Made by a program: the position numbers and the translations under genes. The notes under the pieces are model-generated. The model worked only from the letters and a program-made list of their open reading frames with translations. It was not told the origin of the DNA and did no database searches. A stretch of 64,000 nucleotides of DNA from Eutreptiella sp. 'Long Island Sound 2002'. Taxonomy: Eukaryota; Protista; Euglenida. The DNA is taken from NCBI GenBank assembly GCA_964036045.1, contig OZ038379.1, positions 48,050,001 through 48,114,000 on the forward strand. Reading direction: 5' to 3'. Numbering within the stretch: the first letter of the stretch is position 1; every line of letters begins with the position of its first letter. Of the stretch, positions 31,880 to 45,495 are shown one piece after another.

Positions 31880-34800
31880 ATCAGGTGGTCCGGCGCATCC
31901 TCATGGGTGCACGAACACAACGGCAACCACTCATGGGAGTTTTACCGTTGGCACGGGCACAACGGCACCTTCGACGACTTACCGCGAATCGAGCAGCAGC
32001 CCCCGGAGGCGACCGGCTTTGCCTTCCAATCCCCAGCGGAAGCGTACGAGGAGTGCGAGAAGGAGGGGAAGCGCAAGTACAAAGAGCGGGGAGTCCAACT
32101 TCAAAGTGTGTGCCCTGGCGAGGAAGTGATTGAGGAGAACCGTGAATGGCCACCGCAAGAGTTGCGCAACCAGGAATAGAAGGAGGAATCCCCCGGTGAA
32201 ACACACCCGGGTGCGCAAGCAGAAGGCAACCCACCGGGCCAACCAAGTGCGATGGCGCAAGCGCTTGAGGCGTCCAAAGCCGCGACCAGCTCAACCTCGC
32301 CGGTTGCGGCGCGACAGGCGCCGCGTGCGTCCGGGTCACAGCAATGGGCAGAGCGGCGGGATATGGAGAAAATGCAGAAAGCCTTGGGACCGCCAACGAT
32401 GGTCAGTAAATAGGCTAACGAGGAGGAAGAGAGGCGAAACCGCGCATGGTTGGAGCAACAGAAGGAGAGAGCAGCCAGGGGCCGTCCACTGGGGAGTACA
32501 CCCCCATGGGCTCCTGGTTCAGGGAATTGCAGCGGTTGGAGATGCACTGTTACTTCAGGAAACATGGATGCGACACTCGGAGGTGCGCAAGACAAGCTTT
32601 GGGGAAGAGCTGAAAGGGAAAGGGAGGCGAAAGCGGCAAGAGCACAGGCAAAGGAAAGGGTCTGCAGTGCTATTGGTGTGGCAAGCAGGGGCACAGGCAG
32701 TATGAGTGCCCCCAAGCTTAGGCAAAAGGCGGTCAAGGGGCAGCCCTGGAGCGGGTTGTCTATACGCACACCAACCCCGGCATCTTTGCCGCGCCACCAC
32801 CCAACCAAGGCAAAGGAGAGAGCGGCAAGGTTACGGGTGGCCGCGGCCGTGAGGCACCAGTGGAGTCGGCATGGGCAGCTGGGCCCCCGGGAAGTGGCAA
32901 GGGATGACAACGGCGGGATGAGCCTACAGGGCACCTCGCGGCAACCTCCCTAGCCGAAGCCGCAGCAAGGGTCGAAGCCACGGCGCCAACGCGACAGTAT
33001 GTACCCGCGGAAGCGGCGAGGTAGACGGCGCATAACCTGGCAGCACACACCAAGAAGACGGTGGCGCCAACAACTACCGCTCCCACGGCACCGAACGCAG
33101 CCACCAGACAAGCACGTAGCACGGAACCTGCGGCATACCACACCCCTGGCAACGGCAAGGGCACCGGCGGCCAACATGCCGCCCAAGTCCCCAGCTGCGC
33201 CCTCCGTGCACACACCAACCCCCGGACGACGAGCAACCACCATCCAGGCGGCACTGAACATCCCAACGCAAGAGATGACACCAAACATGTCCTAGGAGCA
33301 ATGGCATCAGCGCGTGGTCACATGGTCTGCGCAGCACTTTGCAGTGGCGCAATTGGTCCCCAACAAGCCGCAACTAGACCTCGAGACTGCGGTCAACGAG
33401 GTGAAGAGAACCACACATCGTTTGCTCCAAGAGTGGGACGGCGTGTGGGGTGATTGCCTTCGGGAAATGAAGGAGCCGCACGAGAGGCTGCAGCGGACAC
33501 GGCCTGGAGCAGAAGAAGAAGCGGATCGGCGGATACTGGAGGAAGAGGGAGCACGAAAAGGCCATGGGCGAGAAGTGGAGCGGCGAAACCGAGAGGAGGA
33601 GGCAGTTAGCAGGGAGAGAGAGGCCCGCAGGCGGCTGCATCACAAGGAACGGGGGGACATGGACTGGGCCGCGGCGGAAGAGCAAAGAACACGAGAGTGG
33701 AATGCCAGACAGCGCGAAGAGGAGCAGCAGCGGTTGGCAGCCACGGAACGGGAGCGGCGGCAACAAGCAGAGGCGGCGGGCGCGGGACGGAACCACGGGA
33801 AATATGTGGGGCCCGGCGCCACAACCGGGAGAAGCCGCGGAATTGTGGATACCCCAGCGGCTAGAGCAAGAGGATGGCCCAACCACGGTCCTCTTCAACC
33901 TTTCCCGGCCGGAACCGGCAAAGGCGAGCAATCGGGGCAAGAACCGACGAACACAGCGGGAGCCACCAGCCGGCCCAGCACGCCGCCGGGGCAACGAATC
34001 CCCACCTGGTGGGAAGTACGCCAAGCCGGGACGGAAGGTAAAGGATAATGGAGAAATGTGGGCCAAGTTACCAGGGTGGCGGAAAGGCATGCCGGGAAAG
34101 AGCAGCAGGGGCCTGCGCGGCGACCCTACCCCAGTGCCACAGCTTCATGGGTACAGTTGTCAGCCCGCCCGGCTGCAATGTACCAACCACGACAGGTCCC
34201 AGGAGCAATTCCGAAAGCGGGGACTCGGCAATGGCCACATCGTGTCCCCAACCGTGGGATACGCAGCGGACACGCCGGAGCCGGTGAGAACCATCACAGA
34301 AGTGGTAACGGTGTCCGACGACGAGGACGGAAACCAGCCGGAGCTGAAGTCGGATACGGAGACCACCGAAGAGGCGAGGCTCGTGCACCAGGTGGATAAG
34401 CGGCGCAAAATAGGAGAAGAGGAAGTCAAGAAACATGGCACACCTTCTCCCGAACCGAGGAAGGGGTTTGAAGACACAGTTCGGAGGCAGCCATCCGCAG
34501 TACAGTGATGCCAATGGGCGCCTGAATGTCATGTGCGCAATTCACGCACGGCCCCTGCGCGGAACTCGGCGCTGCCGGACAACGCGCAGTTGGTGAACAC
34601 GGTGCGGCCCAACACGCTGTCATTGCAGGATCTGGCGGTGGCACTAGCCGTCGACGTGAACAACATGCGCCGAGCCCACAACTTGGAGGTGGAGGACGTG
34701 AAGGAGGAATGCGGGAAAGTCGGCATGCAGAATTTGGGTTTGGCGGTATACTAGCGGGCGCCCACGGAGAACGAACACCAATTCGTGTGGACGCAAGGAC

Positions 34801-36300
34801 ACAAGGTTAGGGATGGAAAGTACAAGGCCACGCCGCAGCAACAGAAGCACGGGGCCGCAAAGTGGGGACCCCTGGTCTGGAACATGGTCCGGATGGTGCG
34901 CGGGGAACCCGACGAGAGCGGGCAGTCACCAACCCAATGGCTGGCCGCCAACTTACCAGGGGCATGGGAGCAGGGAAGACCGGAGCACCAGGGTTTGCTG
35001 GTGGACGGGTGGGGGGAAGAACAAACCCTCCATTTGGCACCGGTCGGCAATCCTCTTCATCGGGGACTACACCTAGAAGCCCATGCCCCACGGGTTGGTC
35101 CGGCAACCTGGGGTATCCACAACGATGAGGGAACAGATGATGGGTGTTGAGACGGCGTGCCCCGTCTTTGAAGCTGCGTGGTTGATTGCGAGGCGGGAGG
35201 AGGGATTCTCCCAATAGGAACCGTACAAGCTCCGGCACCCGGACGACCAACAAATCGTGGACCGGGTGTGCAAGGAGGTGGCGGAAATGTATACGGGGGT
35301 CTGCGAGTTGATCCTCGCAGAAATGTAAGCAAGTCCCATGGGAGTCACCGAGCCCACAGAAAGGGCAACGGACCCACCAAGAGCCGCGTCCAGTGCCCCC
35401 GCCCCAGCAACGGCAGACCGAATGGAGGAGGACAAAGAACGGGAGCCCGAAACGAGCACTAGTAGGGGAGGAGCTGGGAAGGCTGCGAGCAGCACGAGTA
35501 GCAGCGAACGAGAGCTGGAAGGTCAGAGGCGACCGACGCCGGCCACCGACGAACCGAGGCGGTGACCGGCGGAACGACCCCCCGAACCCGCGTGGGCCGG
35601 GCCCAAAGGAAAAGGCTACAAACGCGTACCCCCTACGCACACGGTCCCCGCGGGCCTCAACTGCTGGTTGATCCTCGAGCACACCAATGTGGACGCCGAA
35701 GACGCGGAGCGATGGGCCCGTTGGATGCCGCCTAGGGCCCCGGACGGGGACAAGAAGAAGGAGAAGGAGTACCCACGACCCAAGGGTTGAGCCCCACCAA
35801 GGGTCCAGTCAGGTGGGCATCAGGGGGATGACCGCAGCGGAAGCCGCTGTGGAATCCGGTTGCGGACGTGCACCACAAACGATGGGGGCGCACGGCGATC
35901 AGGAGATGACAGCACGGTAAACCATGCCGTGCATGGCACGGAGCCCCACAACGTCAGCCTTCCAAGGGGACTTGCTCTGTGCCGGGTCGAAGGAAAACAA
36001 AAGCCGGCGAAGGTAAGGGTCCACAGAGCAAGAAGGGAAAGGAAAGGAGCCAGGTTCAGGAAGATCGAGCAAGAATGCACGGGTTTAAGGCACAACACTG
36101 TTTTCTTTTTCCGTAGTGCTTCGTGGCGAGCGCGTTCCGCGACTAGCCACTTTGGTGGTGCCGTGATTGGTGACCAGGCAGGCCCGAGGCCTTAAGGCCC
36201 CCGGCTAGGGTGCAGCTTGTGCATCCCGCTTGCAGCGCTCAACAATGTGTGGGAGTGTGGAGCCGCCGGCCGGTGTACGGCCGGCCATCCAAGTATATGT
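31880..36300 (+). mobile_element. Long decayed ORF with coiled-coil region (probable retroelement ORF1/5' region), ending at a (TA)n tract
   Basis: ORFs 31907, 32450, 32999, 33314 and 34058 are in one frame across TAG/TAA stops; 34533 and 34785 are linked by TAG 34752. E/R/Q-rich heptad-like segment. No enzymatic motif found. Confidence 0.45.
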
Positions 36301-36372
36301 GTATATACATATATACTTGTATATCCAAGTATATATATATATATATATATATATAGGGGAGTATATATGTAC
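36295..36372. repeat. (TA)n microsatellite
   Basis: Directly visible. Confidence 0.95.
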
Positions 36373-39300
36373 ACCGAACTCAGATTAACGTGATGCAGGG
36401 GTCTGAACCGCAATCCGTAGCATCCCAGGCCTAGCCATAGCCTCGGGTCGTATGGGTCAGGCTCGGGAGCGAGATGTTCGCACACAGACAGCGACCAAGC
36501 AGGGGGACGCTTGGCCAGGCAGGCTGGGCGGCTCCCTGCCATTCCAAACAAGGGGACGCCCGCCCAGCCAAGCTAGGCGGCTCCCTGCCATACCAAGCCG
36601 TTCCCGCGGCAGGGACAGGAACTGCAGCCCTACACGTGCCCGGAAGATGCCCCCAACCGTATGGAGTCTGCCCGTGGCAGGCTCTGGAAAGGGGGTGCTA
36701 CCTGCGTCAGGTAGGGACCGGGGCAGATGGCCGGTAAACCCCCCAGAATGCCGGGGTAAAGGCGCGACGGTTGGGGATTTTCATAAAGAGGTATTTTTAT
36801 TAAAACACTTAGGGATGCAGGGCCGGGGTCACATGTGCAACATCAGGGTTTGTATTTTACATGCGTTTGTTTGTCTTCATCACAAAGAATTTATCAATGC
36901 CCATGTCTCCAGTATGCGCGGGGTGTGAGGCAGGGAGGTAATTCTGCTTTGTGGAAACAAAATTTCCATCACGCACGGAGAAAGCAAGGTTTTGAAACAA
37001 ACAGCAGTCCCAACCAAAGGACTGCAGGACAGTGAGATAAATAGGGTCCAAGGGAGGTCAACCAAGAGTCCAACAGTAGATCCTCTGGAAAAGGGTTCTT
37101 CTCTAGGAAGGCGCACTAGAGATATTGGCCAACCCAGCCAATAATCCAACGCATTCACTACTTACTTGCATTTGCCAGCATACACTAAGGAACCACTGAG
37201 GGCTGAACCTTGGGCCAATACAGATATGTAGGGCTACAAAATTTGTACCGGCAAAATGGGGAATGTTTGGGGACCTCAAAGCATTATGTAGGCTACACTT
37301 ACACTTATACTGCGAATTGTTTATATGCCCCCCCCCTCGCCTCCGATTTTGCATTACCCGTATGCAGGGCATCTTGGCCATTGCCATTAGGTAATACCAC
37401 CGTCAGGAAGCCATACAACACCACACCACACCCCCACGGCCCATGTGGCTTGCAGGACCAAATGCCGTTCCTCTTGCCGCGTGACCGCCATTGCCACCAC
37501 CTCACAGCCGTTGCGCTTCTTGACGAGGATGGCCATGGGGCGCACCTCCGGCACGGCCTGCGGGCGGTGGCGGTGGCGGGGAACGGGTGGCGAATGACCA
37601 GGAGGAGGGCCCTCATCTCCGCGGCAACTTGTCCGGGGGGCGGCGGTGCCCTCCCTCGTAGCTGTAGACCATGGCCTTGAGCCACTAGCCGGTTAGCTCT
37701 CCCCCTGCGACCTTTAGCTCCACTAGGCCATCAAAAATGAAGTAGGCGGTGATCCCACAGGCTAGGGAGATGGGGCCCAGCTGTAGAGCTCGTGGCTAGG
37801 AACACACACCGCGAAGTCCGTGGGTCGTAGCTTGTCACGGAACCCTAGGCGTACATGGCCATGGCTTGGCCCTGCTTTTCCATTTCTGGATTGGGGGCCT
37901 AGTATGGGGGTGGCTGTGGTGCTTGCTTCCCGCATGCGGCGGCCGACGGCCAGTAGCTACGGGGTGTCAATGTGGGTTGCGACGTCATGCGTGCGGCAAC
38001 GGCCGACCTCCTCAATGGCTACCTCCACCAGGATGGCCACCAGCCGCGCCTCCTCCAAGGGTGTGTGTGCTGGTGCGGGGCACCTGCGAGGGGCTGCTCT
38101 ACACTGTCAAAGTCATGATTGTTGGACCCGTGGGCCTCCCGTTGGGACAAAGTAGTCAAGACATGCGGGCAAGGCATCACCCTGTCGGCGTGGCCTGTGT
38201 GGGCAACCGTAGTCTCTGCCCCGGAAGCGTTTGGTGGGGAGGGCACCTCTACCTTTGCCTGATCATCCATTTGGGCCAGCTTGGCTAGTGGGGTCCCTGT
38301 GCCTGGGTCACCGGGGACTTCCGTTGGGGATACCAGAACGTCTCCAATTCAGGGCATGGCTTCGTGCCCTGATGCACCCTCTATGACTACTTGGGACTTG
38401 TCGCAGTAGTTGTGCCCCGGGTGTAGCGCAGGCGCCGGCGGGTTATTGATTGTTCGCCGCACTCTGAGGTGTTGGCCTCTGCTCCCCTTCGGCCCTGGGG
38501 GCTTTAGGCGGCTCTTTGGGGGCTGCGCCGGTGCCAACATCCTGGCGGCTTCCAGGTGTGCAGCCGGTGCAGCCGCCGGGCGTGGGGTTACACCCTACAA
38601 CACCGCAATTTTGCATGCTGGCCGAAGGTCCCCGCTTGGGACCGGCGGCCGGAGGTGGCGTTCGCTTGAGGCGGCGGGCTTCTAGGCCAATGGCTACTCG
38701 CGAGAGTACTAGGGTCGTCTGTCCGGGGGCATCCTCGTTTTGCCGCGGGGCCTCTTCTTGCGGTTGTCGCTTGGCACCTTCGGCTATATTGCGATGATGA
38801 TCGTACATCATGAGGATGGCAGGCTACGCTTGGGCGGGCCAGGCTTGTACAACCTCCATCCCAATCTGCACCCCCCAGTGGAGCACCCGTAAACCACGGC
38901 TAGATGGACCACCACATAGTGGAGGTTGACCGTGTGGTGGTGTGATGGTCCCCAGGGCCGCGATGACCACCACACAAGCGCCTACCGCTTGGCACTGCGA
39001 CTAGAAGCTGCGATATACATGCATCTCACCCTAGGAGGTGGCCTCTACCACCTCCGTCGACCCAAAGAAGACGCCCACGAGGTGCGTACGTGCCCACCCC
39101 GCAGGCCGCTGCTAAATGTGGAGGGCGGTGTGTCCTTCCGTGTGCAGCCCTCGGGGTGCCGGACCGGCGTTCCCATATAGCCACACCATGTATGCCCTCT
39201 AGCAGCCCCTGAAAAGGCACCCTACACAGCCGGCGTACCCGTGCCCCGAAGGTTGGGCGCCTCCGCGGGTCCTAGGACACCAACTACCCCACCCCAGCCC

Positions 39301-39544
39301 CACCAAGGGGCCTCCGGCCAAGAGTTAGTTGTTAAAGGTATGAACCCAAGGAGCCCATGGGCCCCGTAGGTGCCCCGACACCAAAGGCGCCCAATGGGGG
39401 AATGTTAGCGCGCTGGGGGCGCGCCTGGCATATTTTTTCACCCGTGCCCCATTGCTAGCCTTTTGGGGGGACACTAAGGGGGCACACTTGGCGCATTGCA
39501 GCTATTTGGGCGGGTGGCTGTACTAGAGACCCGCCAAATGCAGG

Positions 39545-39740
39545 TACAAGACCAAAATGGACAAAGGCAGTGGTTTCTGGCAGGTAGACCTAACCGCCGC
39601 AGCTCAGGAACTGCTGGCTTTTATAACCCCTAAGGGTCGTGTGTTTAAGTGGAAGGTCATGCCTTTCGGGGTGGCTAATGCCCCAGCGCTCTTCCAGAGA
39701 CCAATGAACAAAATTTCGTACATACTGAGGCGCAGACCTC
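39545..39740 (+). mobile_element. Ty3/gypsy reverse transcriptase fragment
   Basis: MDKGSGFWQVDLTAAAQELLAFITPKGRVFKWKVMPFGVANAPALFQR; same family as 6965-7125. Confidence 0.88.
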
Positions 39741-39979
39741 ACCATGCAGTCACAAATATGTGTGTTGTAGGCGCTGTGGTAGCGTGTCACTACAAACAAC
39801 ACACTTTCCAGTTTGCATGTCTGGCTGACCACAACAAAAACCCCATGTGGTATTGTCAATGTTACAGAGTGCTGGGTCAAGGACATACAAAACGGCCCAG
39901 TATATGGTGGTTGGGACAAATCACCATAACACCCCGAAATTGTATCTATGCTCAACCTCAGGAACTTACATCCATACAA

Positions 39980-41150
39980 AGCGTGTGCCACTGTCTCCAC
40001 TTCCTAGCATAGCGGACACATTTGCTGGTGTGGCAACCATCCCTTCAGTATGTCTCCTACCTTCAATTTCAGCCACAAACTGTCCCTGACAAACTCCCGA
40101 GTGGAGTGCGGTATCACCAATTTCTTAAAGGATTGCCATACCTCTGGCGGCTGTCTGCCAGCAGAGCTATGTGCTTGCACAATCAAAGGGAAGAAAGACT
40201 TGGGGGACGCACTCAAAATAAAAGACGCCCACCGATACTCAGACATATTTGCCTGTGCCTGTGATAGGCTCTGTACACGCTCCGAATAAGCTTAATGAAA
40301 CGAGAATGGAAAGAGCCCCAATTTCCAAGGTTCTTTGTCAAGAGCCCCTATCATGGTTAGGCCTTCAGCCACCAATTTCTTTGAGAAGTAACCTGGGCGC
40401 AAAGGATGGGCTAGATTCTTAGACACAGTGAGAAGGGACTCCAGATTGTTTGGTGCGGGGGGGCAAAAATAGGCACGGGTGGGGAATGGTCCAAAAAAAA
40501 ATTGCCAAGTGCGCACCCGGCGTGTGCCCGGCGCACTAATACTCCCCCTGGGCAATGCTGTTGAATTATTTTCTTCTCTAGAGGATTGTTCCTCGTGTAA
40601 ACAGTAATGTGGTTTCTATAGTGGTGTGGGTGTCCACTTGCTTGAGGCGTGCAAGGGCAACCGGTTGTTTTACCGTCTTATTAGCTAAGGCACACATAGG
40701 GGCATATTTGAGCCGGGACCGAGTAAGGGTAATGCATCGGAGGGTATCCACACCACCGACCTAGCTGAACCTGACACTCCCAACAGTTGCGACATCTTGA
40801 GGCACCACCTTCCGGATCCTCTTGTGCTGGAGAGAAATGCCTTCAACAGCAGACCATGATGGGCATAACGACGGGCATCCATCGGCAACATAGAGGCAGT
40901 GGTGAGACGTGTGGGAAGACGCATGCTGCATGAGTGGTGGCAGGTGGAGGGCAGGCGACACTTTGTGCAGCCACTTCACAGTGATTCTGGGGCTGCTCAT
41001 TGCGACTATGGAGCAACCCAGCCCTCACACGCACAGTACTTTAGTGCCGTATGGCCATTTCATGAATTGCTGATGTATGTGGTCTCAATGCGGACGTCAT
41101 ACGCCCTGGTGCCCCTTGTGTGCAATGAACGGGGGCAGCTGTCTTGATGG
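39980..41150 (-). mobile_element. Decayed LINE ORF2 C-terminal region (zf-RVT-like)
   Basis: PPEVWQSFKKLVIPHSTREFVRDSLWLKLKVGDILKGWLPHQQMCPLC. Confidence 0.65.
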
Positions 41151-42442
41151 CTCACCTACCCCACACCTCGCCCACCCCTTGACAGCCTTATTGACCCAAT
41201 TTGCGTTGGCACCACTTCTCACCCATGTATCAAAGCATCTCTCCAATGTTTCCCCATTTAATGCCATTTCCTTCCAGTTCCAGCTCCACTTTGCGTGTTT
41301 TCCCAAAGATTGCGACCCAATGCCCCCCACCCCACCCCACGGAGAAAAAATTGCCGCATTTTGCGATTCTAGGCCCCCTTCCAAAAAATAACCAGTTCCA
41401 CAAAACTCCAAAAAACATTCCCCATTCTCCTCCACTCTCCCTCATTTGCCCATCTGCAGGCAGTCTTCCCACAGATCGCCAACAAAGGGAAATTCGGGGC
41501 GCTGACCCGTTTGATTTTCAGGATTGCCTCCCTCCGGGTGATCCCGTTCTCCTTGTTTGTTTGTGTTTTCTGTTCCAGGCATTCTTTCTTTTTTTTATCA
41601 AATAGGCCAAAACGGAAAGTACCAGGGCCCAAAGGGCAAATTCCAATAAGTACAAATTTTAGCAGTGCCTGGGTCTGCATACACGATTCAGCTCCTGGCT
41701 GGTCCCCTATGGTTCCCCCGTTGACGTTGTCATGCTGGTTCTCCTGTGTGCACCTGTGAATCGCTGCAGTAGGTGGCAATGAGTGACCTAACTTGTGTCA
41801 CTGAGGTTCAGTGTGACGTGGTGTCGTGGTGTCGTCGCAGATCGGTTGTGCCGCAAGCAGGTGAATCTCCCATTCGGTAAGGTCCCAGTGCGCTTTGTGT
41901 CGTTTCGGTAGAGGGAATAGGGGAATCTCCTACAACGTGGGGTCCCATACCTCCTCCCTCAGTCTCTTCCAGTGCAAATACAGTTGTTGTTGTGTGTGAC
42001 GCGTCTCCGTTGTGTATAGTTGGTGCATCGATTGTAGTGCACTTGTTTCGAGTCGTTGACAGCGTTCCCAGTCGAGCGCATTGCAGTATGCGTGGTGTGT
42101 AGCTGCAGCGCGTGTCTTGTAATGCTTGTAGTCTATGCAAAATGGCGGAATGAGTGGGCAGCCTACGCCCACTCTTGGTCACGTACAACTTCCAGCCACG
42201 ACAAGTGGCTATGTGCCCGCCGTCCATTCCCCTCTCTCTACTCAACGCAGTCCCACAACAGCACCAATACTTGCTCCACTCGGTAGTAGGTCTCTTCCAG
42301 TTCTAGGCAACACAGGGAGTCCAAGGTATGCATCGTAGGCTAGCAGCCCCTATGTCCGCCCTACCCCCCTCGCCCCTGTGGATCCACGCGCTTTACTTCA
42401 AAACACTATACACCACGAGAAACACCACAAAACCTCCGGAAC

Positions 42443-43180
42443 ATGGTGGGAGCACCAAGCGAAACGTCACGGAAAGGTAAAAGGAACCACGAGCACGACC
42501 AACCAGTGATCGATGTAGACACATGGCTCCAAGAGGCCCGACACGCCAACGATATGGAAGCCATGCGCCGGTTTACTCGCACAATCCTCCATCAGACCAC
42601 AACCACAAAACACACATACAAAAGACCCCGGACCTGTGGCACGCTGCACCACATCTGGACTTCAACGCTCAATCGCATGGAGGAACTTACCCGTAGACAT
42701 CTACGTGTCGTGACGCGGGCATATCATTATGCCTCTACCTATGCACACACCATGAAGCACGTGAGGGATCTACGGTCCCTCCACCACAACGCACTCGGTG
42801 CAAAACATTTGACTACACACATACAAGACCAAATATGCATCACACGTACACACCACAAGTGGCAACAACACGTCTCTAACACAACTAAGGCCTATTATGC
42901 CACAAAGCGGAAAACCTACACACTCTACACAAAAAGCGCGACAATATTAGGACTGTATGAACGACTCACGAGACACCTTGCCACCATTCCATTCAGAAGA
43001 CTGCCCATGTCGGGCACAAGCCTAGGCCCATTTGCACCGACCCTCCGTGTCTTTGGCCGTAGGACCCGCACAAGGTCGGTATGCGCACCCAGTGCGCTCC
43101 TTGACCCCACCAAAGCACTTGTGCCCACGGCCAAGGGAGCCAAGCGGATCGTCGGTAGTGTTTTAAAGGGATCCATTTGA
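42443..43180 (+). CDS. Hypothetical His/Thr/Arg-rich ORF, probably a retroelement fragment
   Basis: 245-aa open frame among LINE relics; no motif recognised. Confidence 0.3.
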   Translation: MVGAPSETSRKGKRNHEHDQPVIDVDTWLQEARHANDMEAMRRFTRTILHQTTTTKHTYKRPRTCGTLHHIWTSTLNRMEELTRRHLRVVTRAYHYASTYAHTMKHVRDLRSLHHNALGAKHLTTHIQDQICITRTHHKWQQHVSNTTKAYYATKRKTYTLYTKSATILGLYERLTRHLATIPFRRLPMSGTSLGPFAPTLRVFGRRTRTRSVCAPSALLDPTKALVPTAKGAKRIVGSVLKGSI

Positions 43181-43399
43181 CCCAATGCACGTCTGCCATT
43201 TGTTTTCGTCGTTGGAGTTGCATGATCCATGACTTGGCTGGTGTGGGTATTATGTGCCCGTGGAGTACAATGCCGTGAGGTTCGGGTGGCGGCAGGTCCA
43301 TGGGTAGGTTGTGGCCCATGTTGGCAAGAGTATCCGAGTCATTGTTCCCCTATATGTCCAAATAGTCCCGGTAGGTGGCGGCGTTTTTGAGGACACGGT

Positions 43400-44830
43400 G
43401 TCCGGGTGTCCAGCGTACCGTCAGGTTTTTGGAGGAGACATTCTGGTAACTGGGTGGTCGCCGTAGTCTTGGTCTTTGACCACTCCTTTTTGGGGTACTA
43501 GGGTGGCTTTCACTACCCCCTAGTTGTCCAATTTGATCTCATCCTCCGGTTGTGCTAGGTGTGAACCTATGGCGCATAGTCTATAGTCTCCGCCCTATAT
43601 ACCTTTTGGGGACCGTGCATGCGGAAAGCTGCCCACAATTCCCCATTGTCGATGCCTGTGCCGGCCCTGCGGTGGCGTTTTGATCCATCCATGTACCACC
43701 GGTTTGTCGTGGACGGCCCATATAGTGGATGGTCACCCCCAAGACGTTCTGTGTGTGTGGGAGGCTGAGGGTCACCTCCTTTGTGTCCTCGGGGGTTGGT
43801 TGTATTAGACTATCATAGGACAGCCGGTGGGTTGCCACTTATAGCCTGCCGGCTGGGAGCTCGGGGTTCTCCTCTGAGCTCGCCAAAGTGTAGAGCCCAG
43901 CAGCGAGCGGTCGGTGCAACCTACGCGCGGGATGCGTTAGCTCGCCAAGCCTCCGAGGGCTCGTGTGGCATCGAGGTACTTGTACTAGGTAGGAAACAGT
44001 TGTAGGTCTATCCGCCAGATTTGGCAGATTTCAATGTCACCCATTGTGACCCAACGATCCACTATGCCTGGCACAGACCCATTCTAGTATGCCGTCCCAT
44101 TGGGCCATGCGCTGTCTGTTGCCATGAATTGCTCCAATAGGTCTGGTATGGCATGGTGTAGATATCGCGTTTGTGATTACTACCTTTGCAAAACCGTTCA
44201 GGGGTAGTGCTTTATATGCGGCTACGTCGTGGCGCAGTTGATTGGTGACCACGTGCCACGCGGTGTCGCGATGCGATGGGTGCGCCGGTACGTGCCCCAA
44301 ATAGGTTAATATCGAGGAAAATATTGTCAGTTGTTGACCTTGCTTGGTTATGGTCCCGGGTCCGTAGTTTCTCACCAAGTGGTATGTTTCAGTTTTGCAT
44401 GCATTGAAACGGAGGCCCATACGGTAGGCAACCTGGTATAAATGGTTGAGCGTGTCGAGCAGGGATGCTTGGTTGGCGGGTGTACCGCAATGTCATCCAC
44501 GAAGACGTAGAGGTGAGTGTCAGGGTGTCATAGAGTGTTTCCCGCAGCTCACAGTAGAGGAGGAATAGCGTGGGTGAGAGGGGGCATCCACCTCACATGT
44601 CTCACTTGGGGTGTATGGGTAAGTCGCGGCCATGTATGTGTAGTACCGCGGGGGTGTGGCTGTATATTTGCGTTGATATCCGTATGGTGGGTTTTGGCGC
44701 TCCTGCCTCATGTAATATGTTAGTGATTATGGATCGGGGGACGGACGGGAATGCCTTAGCCACGTTGAGTAGGGAACAAAGCATTCGAGTAAAGCCCACT
44801 TGCCCACTCTGAACATGCCCTTTTTCTACA
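43400..44830 (-). mobile_element. Decayed LINE reverse transcriptase
   Basis: LLNVAKAFPSVP, HLYVFVDDIAV, MGLRFNACKTE and ILTYLGHV in order; same family as the RT at 54874-55545. Confidence 0.85.
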
Positions 44831-44980
44831 AAGTCCAACTTGTACAATCCTTGGATCCATGAATCTTGACCCCACTTCAATGCTTTTTGTAGCAGGAAGG
44901 GAAAGCCCACTTGACCACTTTGAACGTGCCGTTCTTCCACAAAGTCCACCTTGTACAATGCCTAGATCCATGCTTCTTGG
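44791..44980. repeat. 111-bp direct duplication
   Basis: AAAGCCCACTTG.CCACT.TGAAC.TGCC at 44791 and 44902. Confidence 0.8.
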
Positions 44981-45174
44981 CCCGCTTTGTTCATTAGCAA
45001 GGGAAACCCCCATATCTTGAGATACTACGAGCATCATGATGACCCCTAGCTGAAGTTATGACTTCTTGGTTTGTTCCCTTTGTTGGGGACCCCCAAGAGC
45101 GCAAGGGTGACATAGCATTTTCGCCCTCTTTTGGACCCCAACCTTCCGGTGCTTTTGAGGAAACCGGGACAATC

Positions 45175-45495
45175 TCTGAATCCACGCTTTGTTGCGTGGC
45201 CCCTTGAAGTGGGGTTACAGACTCACAGTCCACGCTTTCTTGTGTGGCCCCTCGGGTTGGGGTTAGGGGCTCACAATCCACACTTTTTTGCGCGGCCCCT
45301 TGACTTGGGGTTAGGGACTCACAATCCACGCTTTGGTGCGTGGCCCCTCGAGTTGAGGTTAGGGACTCAGACTCCACACGTTGTTGCGTGGGCCCTCGAG
45401 TTGGGGTTAGGGACTCACAATCTACGCGTTGTTGCGTGGCCCCTTGGGTTGCGGTCAGGGAATCAAAATGCACATTTTGTTGCGTGGCCCCTGCC
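45175..45495. repeat. 48-bp (16-aa) tandem repeat, ~6.5 copies
   Basis: TCCAC.CTTT starts at 45181, 45229, 45277 and onward; minus-strand peptide QQSVDCESLTPTRGAT. Confidence 0.9.

Noticed and set aside
33374-35682. Minus-strand 238- and 291-aa ORFs
   Set aside because: They are antisense shadows of the GC-rich plus-strand ORF.
36220-36290. Second 2A-like motif (TMCGSVEPPAG)
   Set aside because: It lacks NPGP, no APE domain follows, and the frame is uncertain.
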